The notes: generated from the sequence alone by a model not told the origin. 32,000 bases of DNA from Promethearchaeum syntrophicum (GCF_008000775.2 NZ_CP042905.2:3930001-3962000), one strand, 5' to 3'. Counted from the first letter of the stretch, positions 1 through 9,374 are shown. Program-made: numbers and translations.

Positions 1-792
1 TACTACAAGGAATTATTAGAAAAACCCCTGATTACAGAAAAGGTAATCAAGAAGTTCGATGTCGATAGAGATATAGTTAAAACAATCATTGAAGATGCAA
101 AAAAAGATCATCGAGCAGTATTATTAAGTTATGAAACATCTCAAATCTTTGAAACTTATGGAATAAAAGCTCCAAAGAGCAGATTGGTTCAAACTGCAAG
201 AGATGCTGCAGAAATAGCCAAAGATATGGGATTTCCATTAGTTGCAAAGATAGTAAGCCCACAAATCATTCATAAATGGGACGTAGGAGGAGTCATTCTT
301 AATATAAAAACCCCTGATGAAGCAAAAAATGCATTTATTTCAATTATGACTAATGCAATACGATTAGGCCCTCGAGATGCGCGATTGGTTGGTGTAGAAT
401 TGCAAGAGATGATTATTAAAGAAGATAAATCAAAATCCAATGAATTAATAATCGGGATGAGCCGAGATCCAAATTGGGGTCCTATGCTAATGATTGGTTC
501 TGGGGGTATTTATGCTAACTATGTCAAAGATGTGGCATTTGATTTAGCGTATCAATTTGATAGAAAAGATGCACGAAAATTATTACATCAAACCAAAATT
601 TCAAAAATATTAGAAGGCGTTCGTGGTGAACCTGAAAGTGATATAGAGGGCGTTTTAGATATTTTAGAACGATTATCTCAATTAGTTAACGACTTCCCAG
701 ATATTGTGGAACTCGATATAAATCCTTGTTTAGTTTTTTCAAAGGAAGAGGGGTATTCGGCAGTTGATATTAAAATTACAATTAAAATGTAA
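1..792 (+). CDS. Acetate--CoA ligase (ADP-forming) ATP-grasp domain/beta subunit, 5' partial
   Basis: Frame 1 is open from base 1 (YYKELLEKPLITEKVIKKFDVDRDIVKTII...), so the ORF extends upstream of the listed start at 184. The sequence 'LLSYETSQIFETYGIKAPKSRLVQTARDAAEIAKDMGFPLVAKIVSPQIIHKWDVGGVILNIKT' and 'ELDINPCLVF' is typical of ATP-grasp_5 in ADP-forming acyl-CoA synthetases. Confidence 0.9.
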   Translation, partial: YYKELLEKPLITEKVIKKFDVDRDIVKTIIEDAKKDHRAVLLSYETSQIFETYGIKAPKSRLVQTARDAAEIAKDMGFPLVAKIVSPQIIHKWDVGGVILNIKTPDEAKNAFISIMTNAIRLGPRDARLVGVELQEMIIKEDKSKSNELIIGMSRDPNWGPMLMIGSGGIYANYVKDVAFDLAYQFDRKDARKLLHQTKISKILEGVRGEPESDIEGVLDILERLSQLVNDFPDIVELDINPCLVFSKEEGYSAVDIKITIKM

Positions 793-830
793 GATTTTTT
801 TTAGAATCACGATGGAGAAAATGAAAGAAA

Positions 831-1898
831 ATGAGCAAAAGTAAACCAATATTATTGTGTTCAACAAAAGCAGGGTCTGGAAAATCAGTTATTGCAATAG
901 GAATGTTCCTAAAACTAAAAGAAGAAGGTTTTAACCCAGGATACTTTAAAGCTATCGGTGATGCGATGGATCTCCGACCTAAAACAAAAACTGATAAAGA
1001 TGTAAATGTTATTACCGCTGTAGTTGCAAGGAAATTTTCAAAAGAAGAAATGTGCCCTCAATTTTTCAATCCAAGCTTTTTCCTCGATGAAATTCTTCCT
1101 GAAGAATCTCAAACAGTGTTAGAAAAGATAAAAGATCATTTTGAAAGCATGAAAGATAAAACCGATATAATTATTTTAGAAGGAAATCATAACATTAATC
1201 AATATTCAGCAATAAATTTGGACGATACGGTTTTAGCTAAAGAATTTGATGCGACCGTAATCTTATGCGCTCCAATAAAGGACGATGATGATATTAATAC
1301 TGTTATTTCTGCGTATAATTATTTAAAATTGAAAGATGTAAAAGTTATCGGTGTTATTCTCAATGGTTTATCTGAAACTGCATTCGTCCGAATTGAGAAA
1401 TATTATAAACCACTTCTTGACAAACGTGGAATAACAATTATAGGTGGATTGAAAAAATCTAGACAGCTTGAGAAACCAACAATTGCTGAAATTTTAGAAG
1501 CGGTCGAAGGAGAACTTATTTGTGGCAATTACATTACAGTGAAGAATAATTTAATTGATGGATTTATTATTGGAGCAATGGGTGCAGAATCCGCCGCAAG
1601 TTATCTACGAAAAGGGGTTAATCAATGTGTAATCACTGGAGGAGATAGATCAGATATTGCCCTTGCAGCTTTAAACGCAAACACAAATTTGATTATTTTC
1701 TCAGGAAATATTAGGCCCGCACCTCGAGTGATAAGTGTAGCTGAAGAAAAAGGAATTCCGTTAGCGTTAGCTCCTGGTGATACCTTTACAATTTCAGAAC
1801 AACTCAGAAAGATTCATACTCATATTCAACCGAATGAAATAGGAATTTGTCGCCAACAAATTGAAGATTATTTAGATTGGGACAAAATCCCGAAATAA
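831..1898 (+). CDS. BioD-like N-terminal P-loop domain plus DRTGG domain protein (phosphotransacetylase-associated family)
   Basis: P-loop 'STKAGSGKSVIAIG' at the N-terminus with a dethiobiotin-synthetase-like layout, and a C-terminal 'VNQCVITGGDRSDIALAAL...NLIIFSGNIRPAPRVISVAEEKGIPLALAPGDTFTISEQL' typical of DRTGG domains. Confidence 0.85.
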   Translation: MSKSKPILLCSTKAGSGKSVIAIGMFLKLKEEGFNPGYFKAIGDAMDLRPKTKTDKDVNVITAVVARKFSKEEMCPQFFNPSFFLDEILPEESQTVLEKIKDHFESMKDKTDIIILEGNHNINQYSAINLDDTVLAKEFDATVILCAPIKDDDDINTVISAYNYLKLKDVKVIGVILNGLSETAFVRIEKYYKPLLDKRGITIIGGLKKSRQLEKPTIAEILEAVEGELICGNYITVKNNLIDGFIIGAMGAESAASYLRKGVNQCVITGGDRSDIALAALNANTNLIIFSGNIRPAPRVISVAEEKGIPLALAPGDTFTISEQLRKIHTHIQPNEIGICRQQIEDYLDWDKIPK

Positions 1899-1953
1899 TT
1901 TTTTTTCTCTTTTTCGCTAAAAATTTTAAATAATATTTTGTAATTTCAATACT

Positions 1954-2268
1954 ATGGATGAAAAAGAATTTATATATGTTTTAAAATTACGAAATGATCT
2001 CCTAAATGATTCAAATTGGACGGAAATTGAGAATAAAATTGTTGAAGAGCATTTTCAAAGATTAAAAATTGATAGTGAGAACGGGAAAGTGATTTTAGCG
2101 GGAAGAACTTTAACAAACACCCCCGAAGGATTTGGAATTGTTATTTTCAAAGAAGATTCGCTAAAAAACGCAGAAGCTTACATGAATAATGATCCAGCAG
2201 TTAAAAAAAAGATAATGACTGCAAACCTTTTCCCCTATTCAGTCGCGTTGATACATGCTGATAAATAA
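1954..2268 (+). CDS. YCII-related (YciI-like) domain protein
   Basis: 104 aa with 'EEHFQRLKIDSENGKVILAGRTLTNTPEGFGIVIFKEDSLKNAEAYMNNDPAVKKKIMTANLFPYSV', the typical YCII layout. Confidence 0.75.
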   Translation: MDEKEFIYVLKLRNDLLNDSNWTEIENKIVEEHFQRLKIDSENGKVILAGRTLTNTPEGFGIVIFKEDSLKNAEAYMNNDPAVKKKIMTANLFPYSVALIHADK

Positions 2269-2334
2269 ATGAAAATTATAAACCCAATGTTGTTATATTA
2301 TTTAAAGAGTAGAAAAAAAACTTGAGGAAAATCA

Positions 2335-4134
2335 ATGACTGAAGAGCAAGAAAATCCTGCCTTATCTGACTTATCTGATAAAAATGCACAGGAGAACATT
2401 AAATTAAAAGAGGAAATCTATAAATTAAACCAGGAAATACAAAATTTACAAGAGTTAAAGGACCGTTTGCCTATAAAGGAAGAGAAAATTAAATTACTTG
2501 AGAATGAAATTGAAGAAAAAATCCGCGAAATTGAAGCAGTACGAAGTGAAATTTTGCAAACTGAAGAATTAGAACAAAACATTAGGCAATTACGCGAAGA
2601 AAATGTGCAGTTAAATAATAAAATTATCGAAAGTTCAACCGAATACTCCATCTTACAGAATGAAAATAAATTATTCATTAATAAAATTGAAGCTCTTGAA
2701 TATAATAATGATGATAAAGACGAAACAATTGAAGAACTGGAAAATAAATTAGAGAATTTAAAGGATATTGAAGAAGAAGAAGAAAGTCTTAAAGAACAAA
2801 TACGCGATTATAAAGATAATGAACAAAAATTAAAAGAGAGAATTGCTGAATTAAACCAAGCAAATTACGAATTGATTGAAGCAAAAAAGGAGATATCTGA
2901 AGCAAATAAAGAATTAAATGATTTGAAAACAAAAATTACTTTAAAAAATACACGAATGCAAGAATTAGTCCGTGAATTAAAAGGAGCTAAAAACGCTTAC
3001 TTCGAATTAAGAAAAGAAATGGAAAGTCCTGATACAGGTGAGCATAATACAATATCTGATTTAAATAACACAATTACCGAGAACGAGATCACAATTGATG
3101 AATTACGACAAGAAATTAAAGGATATGAAGAAAAATTACAAGATATGATATACAAAGATGAATTAGAAAGAGTCCAATTTGATTTAGAATCTAAAAATAA
3201 TCAATTAAAATCGAGAGATCAAAAAATTATTGAAAAAGAGAATGAAATCGAATCCCTTACCCAATCATTTGAAGAAGAAAAGAATAATTTAAAGAATAAA
3301 ATTGAAGAATTATCAAATCTATCAAACCAAAACACAGATGTTTTGAATGAAATCCGAGAGAAAGATGAATCAATTCGAGAGCTTCAAATTCAAGAAGAAG
3401 AGTTTCATGAAGCACTTCTTGACAATGTAAAATTAACGGGTGAAATAGAAGAATGGGAAAAGAAATTTCTGGAATTAAGAACACAAAAAGAAGTCTTATA
3501 TGATAGAATAAATGATTTAAAAGGCGAAAATAATGGAAATATCGCCATAATTGGACGACTAAATGGGAGAATTACCGACTTGGAAAGTAAATTAGAAGGA
3601 AAAGATTTTCATGATGTTGAAGAAGTTAAAAGCCTCCAACTCACCATAGACAATTTGAATTCTAAAGTTCAGGAGTTAACAATTACATTGAGCGAAACGA
3701 ATGGAAGATATTTAGCAACCAAAGAACAATTAGATCAATTGTCCCCCAAATTAGTTGAACTTCAAGAAAAACATGATAATGTTAAAGCCCATATGATGCA
3801 AATCGAATTAGAAGCCCGAAATGAACGCGTAAATCAATCAAAAACACTTTCCGAATATGAAAGTGAAATTTCTCGTTTGAAAAACGATTTAGAACAAAAA
3901 ATACGTGATTTTTCCCAATTACAAAAAGGAGATAAGTTCAAAGACCAAATTCATAATTTAAAAAATGATTTAGAAGAAGCAACCAAAATGAATGATTCAT
4001 TGGCTGATGATTTATCTAAAGTAAATATCGATGTTTTGCTTGAGAAAAAGGAATCTAGGCGATTAAATGAAGAAATAATAAATTTAAAACGTAGAATTAA
4101 AATTTTAAGGCGGGATTTAATAAAAAGAAGTTGA
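2335..4134 (+). CDS. Long coiled-coil protein (599 aa) with basic C-terminal tail
   Basis: Near-continuous heptad-like E/K/L/I/N-rich sequence from about residue 20 to the end, with no P-loop or evident globular domain. Shine-Dalgarno-like 'ttgaggaaaatcaatg' precedes the ATG. Confidence 0.85.
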   Translation: MTEEQENPALSDLSDKNAQENIKLKEEIYKLNQEIQNLQELKDRLPIKEEKIKLLENEIEEKIREIEAVRSEILQTEELEQNIRQLREENVQLNNKIIESSTEYSILQNENKLFINKIEALEYNNDDKDETIEELENKLENLKDIEEEEESLKEQIRDYKDNEQKLKERIAELNQANYELIEAKKEISEANKELNDLKTKITLKNTRMQELVRELKGAKNAYFELRKEMESPDTGEHNTISDLNNTITENEITIDELRQEIKGYEEKLQDMIYKDELERVQFDLESKNNQLKSRDQKIIEKENEIESLTQSFEEEKNNLKNKIEELSNLSNQNTDVLNEIREKDESIRELQIQEEEFHEALLDNVKLTGEIEEWEKKFLELRTQKEVLYDRINDLKGENNGNIAIIGRLNGRITDLESKLEGKDFHDVEEVKSLQLTIDNLNSKVQELTITLSETNGRYLATKEQLDQLSPKLVELQEKHDNVKAHMMQIELEARNERVNQSKTLSEYESEISRLKNDLEQKIRDFSQLQKGDKFKDQIHNLKNDLEEATKMNDSLADDLSKVNIDVLLEKKESRRLNEEIINLKRRIKILRRDLIKRS

Positions 4135-4153
4135 AAGATGAAAATTTATCAGC

Positions 4154-5494
4154 TTATTTTAACTTGTAAGAACTTTTTCTTTTTTTCCCATCATATCTCG
4201 GAGCAGAATAGGTTGAATCAGTAAATTTATAAATTGCATCAATTTTTTTCCCGTTTGTAGGTTGATCAACCGAGATTGTTATAATTATCGGTTTTTCTTC
4301 AGTGGCTCTTCTTGTTATTTTGATAGTCTCTCCATTGTATCGAATATCTCTAACAATCTGATTAAAATATGTCTCATGTTTTCCATCAGCACTCATAACA
4401 ATAACTTTATCCCCCAATTTTAATGTTCCATTATTTAATTCAACTTTTGCCACACCCGTTGGGTGATATGTGAGAATTTTTCCCATCTCTATATACCTAA
4501 AATGACTCACATTAGCAGGGCTATTTAATTGTGAATCCTTTATTGTAGCTTGATTAAAATAAAAACCAGTTGTAAATCCCCGATTATATACTCTTTTTAA
4601 TTGAGTTATCCATTTTTCCTTCTGCAATTTCTGTTTAAAAACTCCATTATAATAAGCATCAATCGCTTCTCGGTAAACTCGACTTACAGTTTCAACATAA
4701 TGAGGATGCCTCATTCTCCCTTCAATTTTAAAACTAACAATTCCCGATTCAATTAAATCCGGGATATAATTTATCATACAGAGGTCTCTCGAATTGAATA
4801 TTCTCTTGCCGTCATAAATAAATTCGTGAGAATCTGATGCAATAAGTTTCCATTCTCTTCTACAAGGTTGAGTACACTTTCCCCGATTGGCAGATTGTTC
4901 CTGACTTCCTGATAGAGTTTGACTGAGATAACACCTTCCTGAAATTGAAGAACACATTGCTCCATGAATGAATGCTTCAATTTGAGTACTTTTCATCTTT
5001 TTAGTGATTTCTTTTATTTGTTTTAATGAACATTCCCTGGCGAGAACAATGCGTTCTGCCCCAATATCTTCGTAAAACTTTGCAGATTGTGAATTTGATA
5101 CATTGCATTGAGTAGAGATATGGAACTGGATTCCAATTTTCTTCGCAATTTGAATTGCTGCTAAATCATGAACAATTACTGCGTCAATTTCTGCATCCTT
5201 GGCAGCTTGAATCACCTTTTCCAATTCTGTAATTTCATCTTCATATATTACAACATTGGTTGTAAGATATGTTTTCCGTTTTCGAAATGAAGGATTTGAG
5301 GGATTATGACACAAATTTGCGATTTTAGGTAAAGATTCGATGGGGAAATTGTCTGCATTCATTCGCATGTTGAAACTATTAACCCCAAAATAAACTGCGT
5401 CTGCATAAGGTCCCGAAGCTTTTATCGCCATGAAATTTTTAGCAGGTGCTAACAATTCGACTTGAACTGGATTTTTTTTTTCATTTTCTAACAT
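4154..5494 (-). CDS. Peptidase U32 family protein (collagenase-like)
   Basis: 'VELLAPAKNFMAIKASGPYADAVYFGVNSFNMR' and the U32 signature 'IEAFIHGAMCSSISGRCYLSQTLSGSQEQSANRGKCTQPCR'. The listed ORF starts at 5596, but M35 (5494) gives a conventional N-terminus and removes overlap with the next gene. Confidence 0.92.
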   Translation of the reverse strand: MLENEKKNPVQVELLAPAKNFMAIKASGPYADAVYFGVNSFNMRMNADNFPIESLPKIANLCHNPSNPSFRKRKTYLTTNVVIYEDEITELEKVIQAAKDAEIDAVIVHDLAAIQIAKKIGIQFHISTQCNVSNSQSAKFYEDIGAERIVLARECSLKQIKEITKKMKSTQIEAFIHGAMCSSISGRCYLSQTLSGSQEQSANRGKCTQPCRREWKLIASDSHEFIYDGKRIFNSRDLCMINYIPDLIESGIVSFKIEGRMRHPHYVETVSRVYREAIDAYYNGVFKQKLQKEKWITQLKRVYNRGFTTGFYFNQATIKDSQLNSPANVSHFRYIEMGKILTYHPTGVAKVELNNGTLKLGDKVIVMSADGKHETYFNQIVRDIRYNGETIKITRRATEEKPIIITISVDQPTNGKKIDAIYKFTDSTYSAPRYDGKKRKSSYKLK

Positions 5495-5584
5495 TAATAC
5501 AAATAATATAAAGAAAAGGGAAATGAAAAATTTTATCTGTATGAATGCAACAGAGAGATTAAAAATTATTAAACCTAAGTTAAA

Positions 5585-6610
5585 TTGAGATTTCATTTGA
5601 CACTTGATTGGACCTTCAGCTTTGTGAAAATTAATCCAAATTTGAAAAATAAACCCGTGATTGAATTATTATGCACTTTTCACAATGGAAGAACTCAGAT
5701 TGTTGCATATCAGAACATTAATCCTAATCCCATTAAGCAAATGGAAAATGTAATGATGCTACTTTCATATATTGCTTTTTTTCCTCAAAAAGATTTTAAT
5801 AAAATTAAACTGGAAACTTCGGGAAATAAACACGCAGTACATTTTTTGGATAAACGGTTTCTTTTAAAAGATGGATTTCTAGGAATCCTTAGTGTTAGTG
5901 AATATGATACCCCTAATATATATTCAGGACCCGGTACAGAAGAAATGATGGCAGAATATATATTCGATTATTATTTTGATTTAAGGAAAGAAGGTCCAAT
6001 TGATATTCCAGAATTTCAGAAATGGATAGAATCTCAGATACTTGATTTCTACATCGATTGGGCGGATTCAAAGAAAGAATTCATAGCAGAATCCCAAGGA
6101 AAAAATATTGAAATCAAGAAGACCCAAGAAATATTTGAAGAATGGCGAGATTTGCAGCTTATTAATGAATATGGCCAACCTTTGACTGATTTAATCTCAT
6201 TCATAAACGATAAATCTTTTTTATTTTATAGCGAATCGGAAGCAATTGCCCAAAATTTAGAATCAATGAGTCTTTCTGCCTTAAAACTTCTAATCGATCA
6301 ACAAGGTGGTTGGGATATTCGATATTTGAAGATGAGGCAAAGAAACTTAATGGGATTTCAGTATGTATTTTTTGAGAAATTTGAAATTCGAGGAACAAAA
6401 TACTTATTAATAATGAACTCAGCCCTATATGACATAAAAAAGGGGGTTTGTTTACAAGCGTTCAGAGGAGACGAAATTGGCATCTTAGAAAACATTTCTA
6501 ACAAATTACAGCAGAATAGTTCGTTTTTTATGGAAAATGGTCAAATAGTCAGAGAGTATAAAGAAGCAATTCAAGAAGTCATATTTAAAAATTACGGATC
6601 ATCACATTAG
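5585..6610 (+). CDS. Hypothetical protein (341 aa)
   Basis: Long ORF with normal composition; no family recognised. Confidence 0.7.
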   Translation: MRFHLTLDWTFSFVKINPNLKNKPVIELLCTFHNGRTQIVAYQNINPNPIKQMENVMMLLSYIAFFPQKDFNKIKLETSGNKHAVHFLDKRFLLKDGFLGILSVSEYDTPNIYSGPGTEEMMAEYIFDYYFDLRKEGPIDIPEFQKWIESQILDFYIDWADSKKEFIAESQGKNIEIKKTQEIFEEWRDLQLINEYGQPLTDLISFINDKSFLFYSESEAIAQNLESMSLSALKLLIDQQGGWDIRYLKMRQRNLMGFQYVFFEKFEIRGTKYLLIMNSALYDIKKGVCLQAFRGDEIGILENISNKLQQNSSFFMENGQIVREYKEAIQEVIFKNYGSSH

Positions 6611-6658
6611 CTTTGAAAGTCAATCACCTTATTAATATGGTCTGCTCTAGTGTAACTA

Positions 6659-6861
6659 GATACTACCTCCCTTTTTTCTATTTTTTTATTAATTTCGTAT
6701 CTCTAAGCATTTAATTTTTTAATATGTATAGAATTAATTGGAAATTTAAAATTTATTAAGAATAAGATAAGAATAGGAAAAAATATTTAGATTTTTAAAA
6801 GAATAAAGAAAAAAGTATAGGAAAGCAAAATAAACCTTCCAGAAAGCGATACTACCTCCCT
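6659..6861. repeat. 14-bp direct repeat 'gatactacctccct' (6659-6672 and 6848-6861)
   Basis: Exact 14-mer seen twice, 189 bp apart, in the long gap between convergent genes. Confidence 0.6.
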
Positions 6862-7070
6862 CTATTTGCTGTTTCTATTAACAAAACAAGCATGACTGCC
6901 CCGAAAATCAAAGATTGTTGGTTTGTATGCTGTTCAGTCAAAACCGTAGGGGTGTGCCTTTCCTTATTTTATTGCGATCCTTATCTATATATAGAGCAAT
7001 CAGTTAATAAATTTTTCTCAAATTTTTATTAACTTTTGGTCCAAGTCCAAAAAAAATTAATATGCTTTAT

Positions 7071-7499
7071 TTAAGGCGATTTCCATTTCTTCACATAATT
7101 GTTGTATTTTTCTTCTATTTCCAGAAATTCAAGCTTTTTTCCATCTTTTATTGAGTTTAAGGCTTCTATTAGAATTTTTGTTTGTAACAATTGGAATTCT
7201 TGGTTTTTTAGATCTCCGGTATTTAAAAATCTGTGCGCCATCTCGTTAGATTTCAATGTATCTAAAGAATTGATGTTGTGATGATCTAGGAAATATCCTA
7301 CAAACACAGTACATAATAAAAGAAAAGGAACAAAAACAAGAATATAATTGAGCTCTATAGTAGGATAAGCAATTTTCACTAACATTACCGCATTTATGGA
7401 AGCAATTAAGAGCGAATAATAACTTTGACCCATTCTTAACCTGGATAATTGTTGTCCAATAAATTTTGAAGTAAAGATATTTTTAATTGAGAATGTCAT
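7071..7499 (-). CDS. Small membrane protein with two predicted TM helices and charged C-terminal region
   Basis: 142 aa. Hydrophobic segments 'YYSLLIASINAVMLVKIAYPTI' and 'NYILVFVPFLLLCTVFVGYFL', followed by a soluble helical tail. Confidence 0.7.
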   Translation of the reverse strand: MTFSIKNIFTSKFIGQQLSRLRMGQSYYSLLIASINAVMLVKIAYPTIELNYILVFVPFLLLCTVFVGYFLDHHNINSLDTLKSNEMAHRFLNTGDLKNQEFQLLQTKILIEALNSIKDGKKLEFLEIEEKYNNYVKKWKSP

Positions 7500-7602
7500 G
7501 AATTTCTAGTGCTATTTTTACTTATTTAATTTATTTAATACCATTAGCTAATTTTTTATTTACAAAGGATTCAATTAGGGGGGATGAATTTAATAATAAT
7601 AG

Positions 7603-8733
7603 ATGGCACAAATTCCAAATTCTGAACCTCAAGACCAAGGTTCTGTACCAAAGAATAGTTCCAATTCGTCCTACGGCCCATTGAGCTTTAATGAAATTCT
7701 CGGCACTTTTCGCATCAAACTGATTCATATTTATTGGCCCCTATTAGTTTGTATAATCTCAGCCACCTTTCTATCTTGGTTAACTTTTTACATAGCAGGA
7801 ATTGACTATAGGGATGAAGTAGTCCCCTACCCTGATGAATCTAATTTTTGGCAAGTTATTTTAAATGGACTGATTCCGGTATTAATTAGCGCTGCCTTTC
7901 TTGTTATAATTTGGATTCTTGTTAAGAAGTTCGGGCTAGTTGTTTTCAAAATACTAATGGGAACAATTGTAATCCTATATTGCTGGTTCGGTTTTACATT
8001 CTTTTTGCGGGTTATTTATATTGTATTATGGGATTCATTTGTAGGTATTAATTATGGATTCTTTAACGTTCTATTTTATGTTCTATATTACGGATCGATG
8101 GTTTTTTATGTAATCTTAGGGTTTTTCTATTTTAGAAATAGGCTATCCGTAAACCTAAAAAACATGTTAGTTCTTTCCTACGGTATATTTATTGGGGCGA
8201 TTATCGGGGTGTCTTTACCTCTCTGGAGTATATTTTCATTGGCGATCTGCTTTTCGATATACGATTTAATTATAGTGTTCAAAGGACCATTAGGGAAAAT
8301 TTGGCAATTGTTTCAAGATAATCAACAAAAAGCGAGTGAGGATATTAGAAAGAGATTGGAATCTGGAGATCTTTCAGAAGAGGAAGCAGCTAAACTTTCA
8401 GAAAAACATTTTTTAAATAACCAAGAGACTGATGAAGAAGAAGGAGAAGAAGAAGATCTTTCAAAATATATAAAGGATCTTAAAATTGAACTCGGATCAG
8501 GAGATTTAATCTTTTATTCGGCTTTAGTTGCGGTTGTGTTTATTACAACAAATAATTGGCTTACAACATTATTGGTAATAATTGGTGTGTTATTCGGTGC
8601 AGGGGTAACTATATATTTTCTGCTGAAAAAGAAACGTGTTCTTCCCGCGTTACCATTTAGCATGATTATTGGGATTATAATGTTTTTCCTCGGACAATTA
8701 ATTGAGTACTTAATAACTATAGGTGCTATCTAA
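7603..8733 (+). CDS. Presenilin-family (A22-type) intramembrane aspartyl protease
   Basis: Polytopic membrane protein. TM6-type motif 'FSIYDLIIVFKGPLGKIWQLFQ' (catalytic D221, codon 8263-8265), long acidic loop, TM7-type 'IELGSGDLIFYSALV' (GxGD, D301, codon 8503-8505) and 'LPALPFSMIIG' (PAL motif). The order and spacing match presenilins. Confidence 0.95.
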   Translation: MAQIPNSEPQDQGSVPKNSSNSSYGPLSFNEILGTFRIKLIHIYWPLLVCIISATFLSWLTFYIAGIDYRDEVVPYPDESNFWQVILNGLIPVLISAAFLVIIWILVKKFGLVVFKILMGTIVILYCWFGFTFFLRVIYIVLWDSFVGINYGFFNVLFYVLYYGSMVFYVILGFFYFRNRLSVNLKNMLVLSYGIFIGAIIGVSLPLWSIFSLAICFSIYDLIIVFKGPLGKIWQLFQDNQQKASEDIRKRLESGDLSEEEAAKLSEKHFLNNQETDEEEGEEEDLSKYIKDLKIELGSGDLIFYSALVAVVFITTNNWLTTLLVIIGVLFGAGVTIYFLLKKKRVLPALPFSMIIGIIMFFLGQLIEYLITIGAI

Positions 8734-8861
8734 AAAAAAACAAAAAAAATTAATCTGAATTATCTGAATCTCGGTTTAAATGACCACTGACTGATGGATA
8801 TTCGGTCTTTTTTTCATTATAAACTTATAAATTGATAACACACAACTGATTTAAAGATAGA

Positions 8862-8888
8862 GCCTACATCCAGTAGGCGAGCCTACTG
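8862..8888. promoter_or_regulatory. Three-segment alternating inverted repeat (possible mutually exclusive hairpins)
   Basis: 'gcctac atccagtaggc ga gcctactg': gcctac (8862-8867) can pair with gtaggc (8873-8878), and cagtaggc (8871-8878) can pair with gcctactg (8881-8888). Confidence 0.35.
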
Positions 8889-9374
8889 ATTCGGCTATGA
8901 TTTATGAGATATTGATATAGAGGCGGATTCCTTTAGGAATACCGATAAGATTGAGATGATTTGATGGTATTGGTGTAGTGGTTGATTGATAGGAGATATT
9001 TTAGATGAGTATTAAGCAAAAAAGTTCACTATCCGTTAATAAAAAAAAATTTGGTATAATTTAGTGAACAAAACATGTCTAAGGGATAATTGGGTTAATA
9101 TAATGAAAAAGGATTAAAAATATAGTGAAAAATTAATCATAACGACTTCATTCTCGGAAATTCAGCAAGGTAACCCTACAAATCAGCCATTAGATAGAGT
9201 AATCATATTTCTTTCTTTTTCTTTTTTGCTTCATTGGAAAATTTTAACTGAAAACCGCTTCTATTTCTTTCCCAAACTATGCTTTACCAAGATCATGTTT
9301 TTTCAACAAATTCTAAGTAATAATGTAAAATAAATGTCACATTTAAGATATAAATGACGAATTTGTAGAAACAT

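Noticed and set aside
2418-3484. Antisense ORFs 2418-2678 and 3257-3484 within the coiled-coil gene
   Set aside because: They lie wholly inside a strong coding ORF and have Ser/Phe/Leu-rich compositions typical of the reverse complement of coiled-coil codons.
5494-5596. N-terminal extension of the U32 ORF, resembling a TM helix (LGLIIFNLSVAFIQIKFFISLFFILFVL)
   Set aside because: It overlaps the divergent gene start and precedes the conventional MLENEKKNPVQVELLAPAKN start. It is most likely translated promoter/intergenic A/T-rich sequence.
8785-8817. Possible hairpin terminator 'gaccactgactgatggatattcggtcttttttt'
   Set aside because: Only about 4 bp of terminal complementarity (gacc/ggtc) with a large loop; too weak to call as a stem-loop, although the T-tract itself could terminate transcription.
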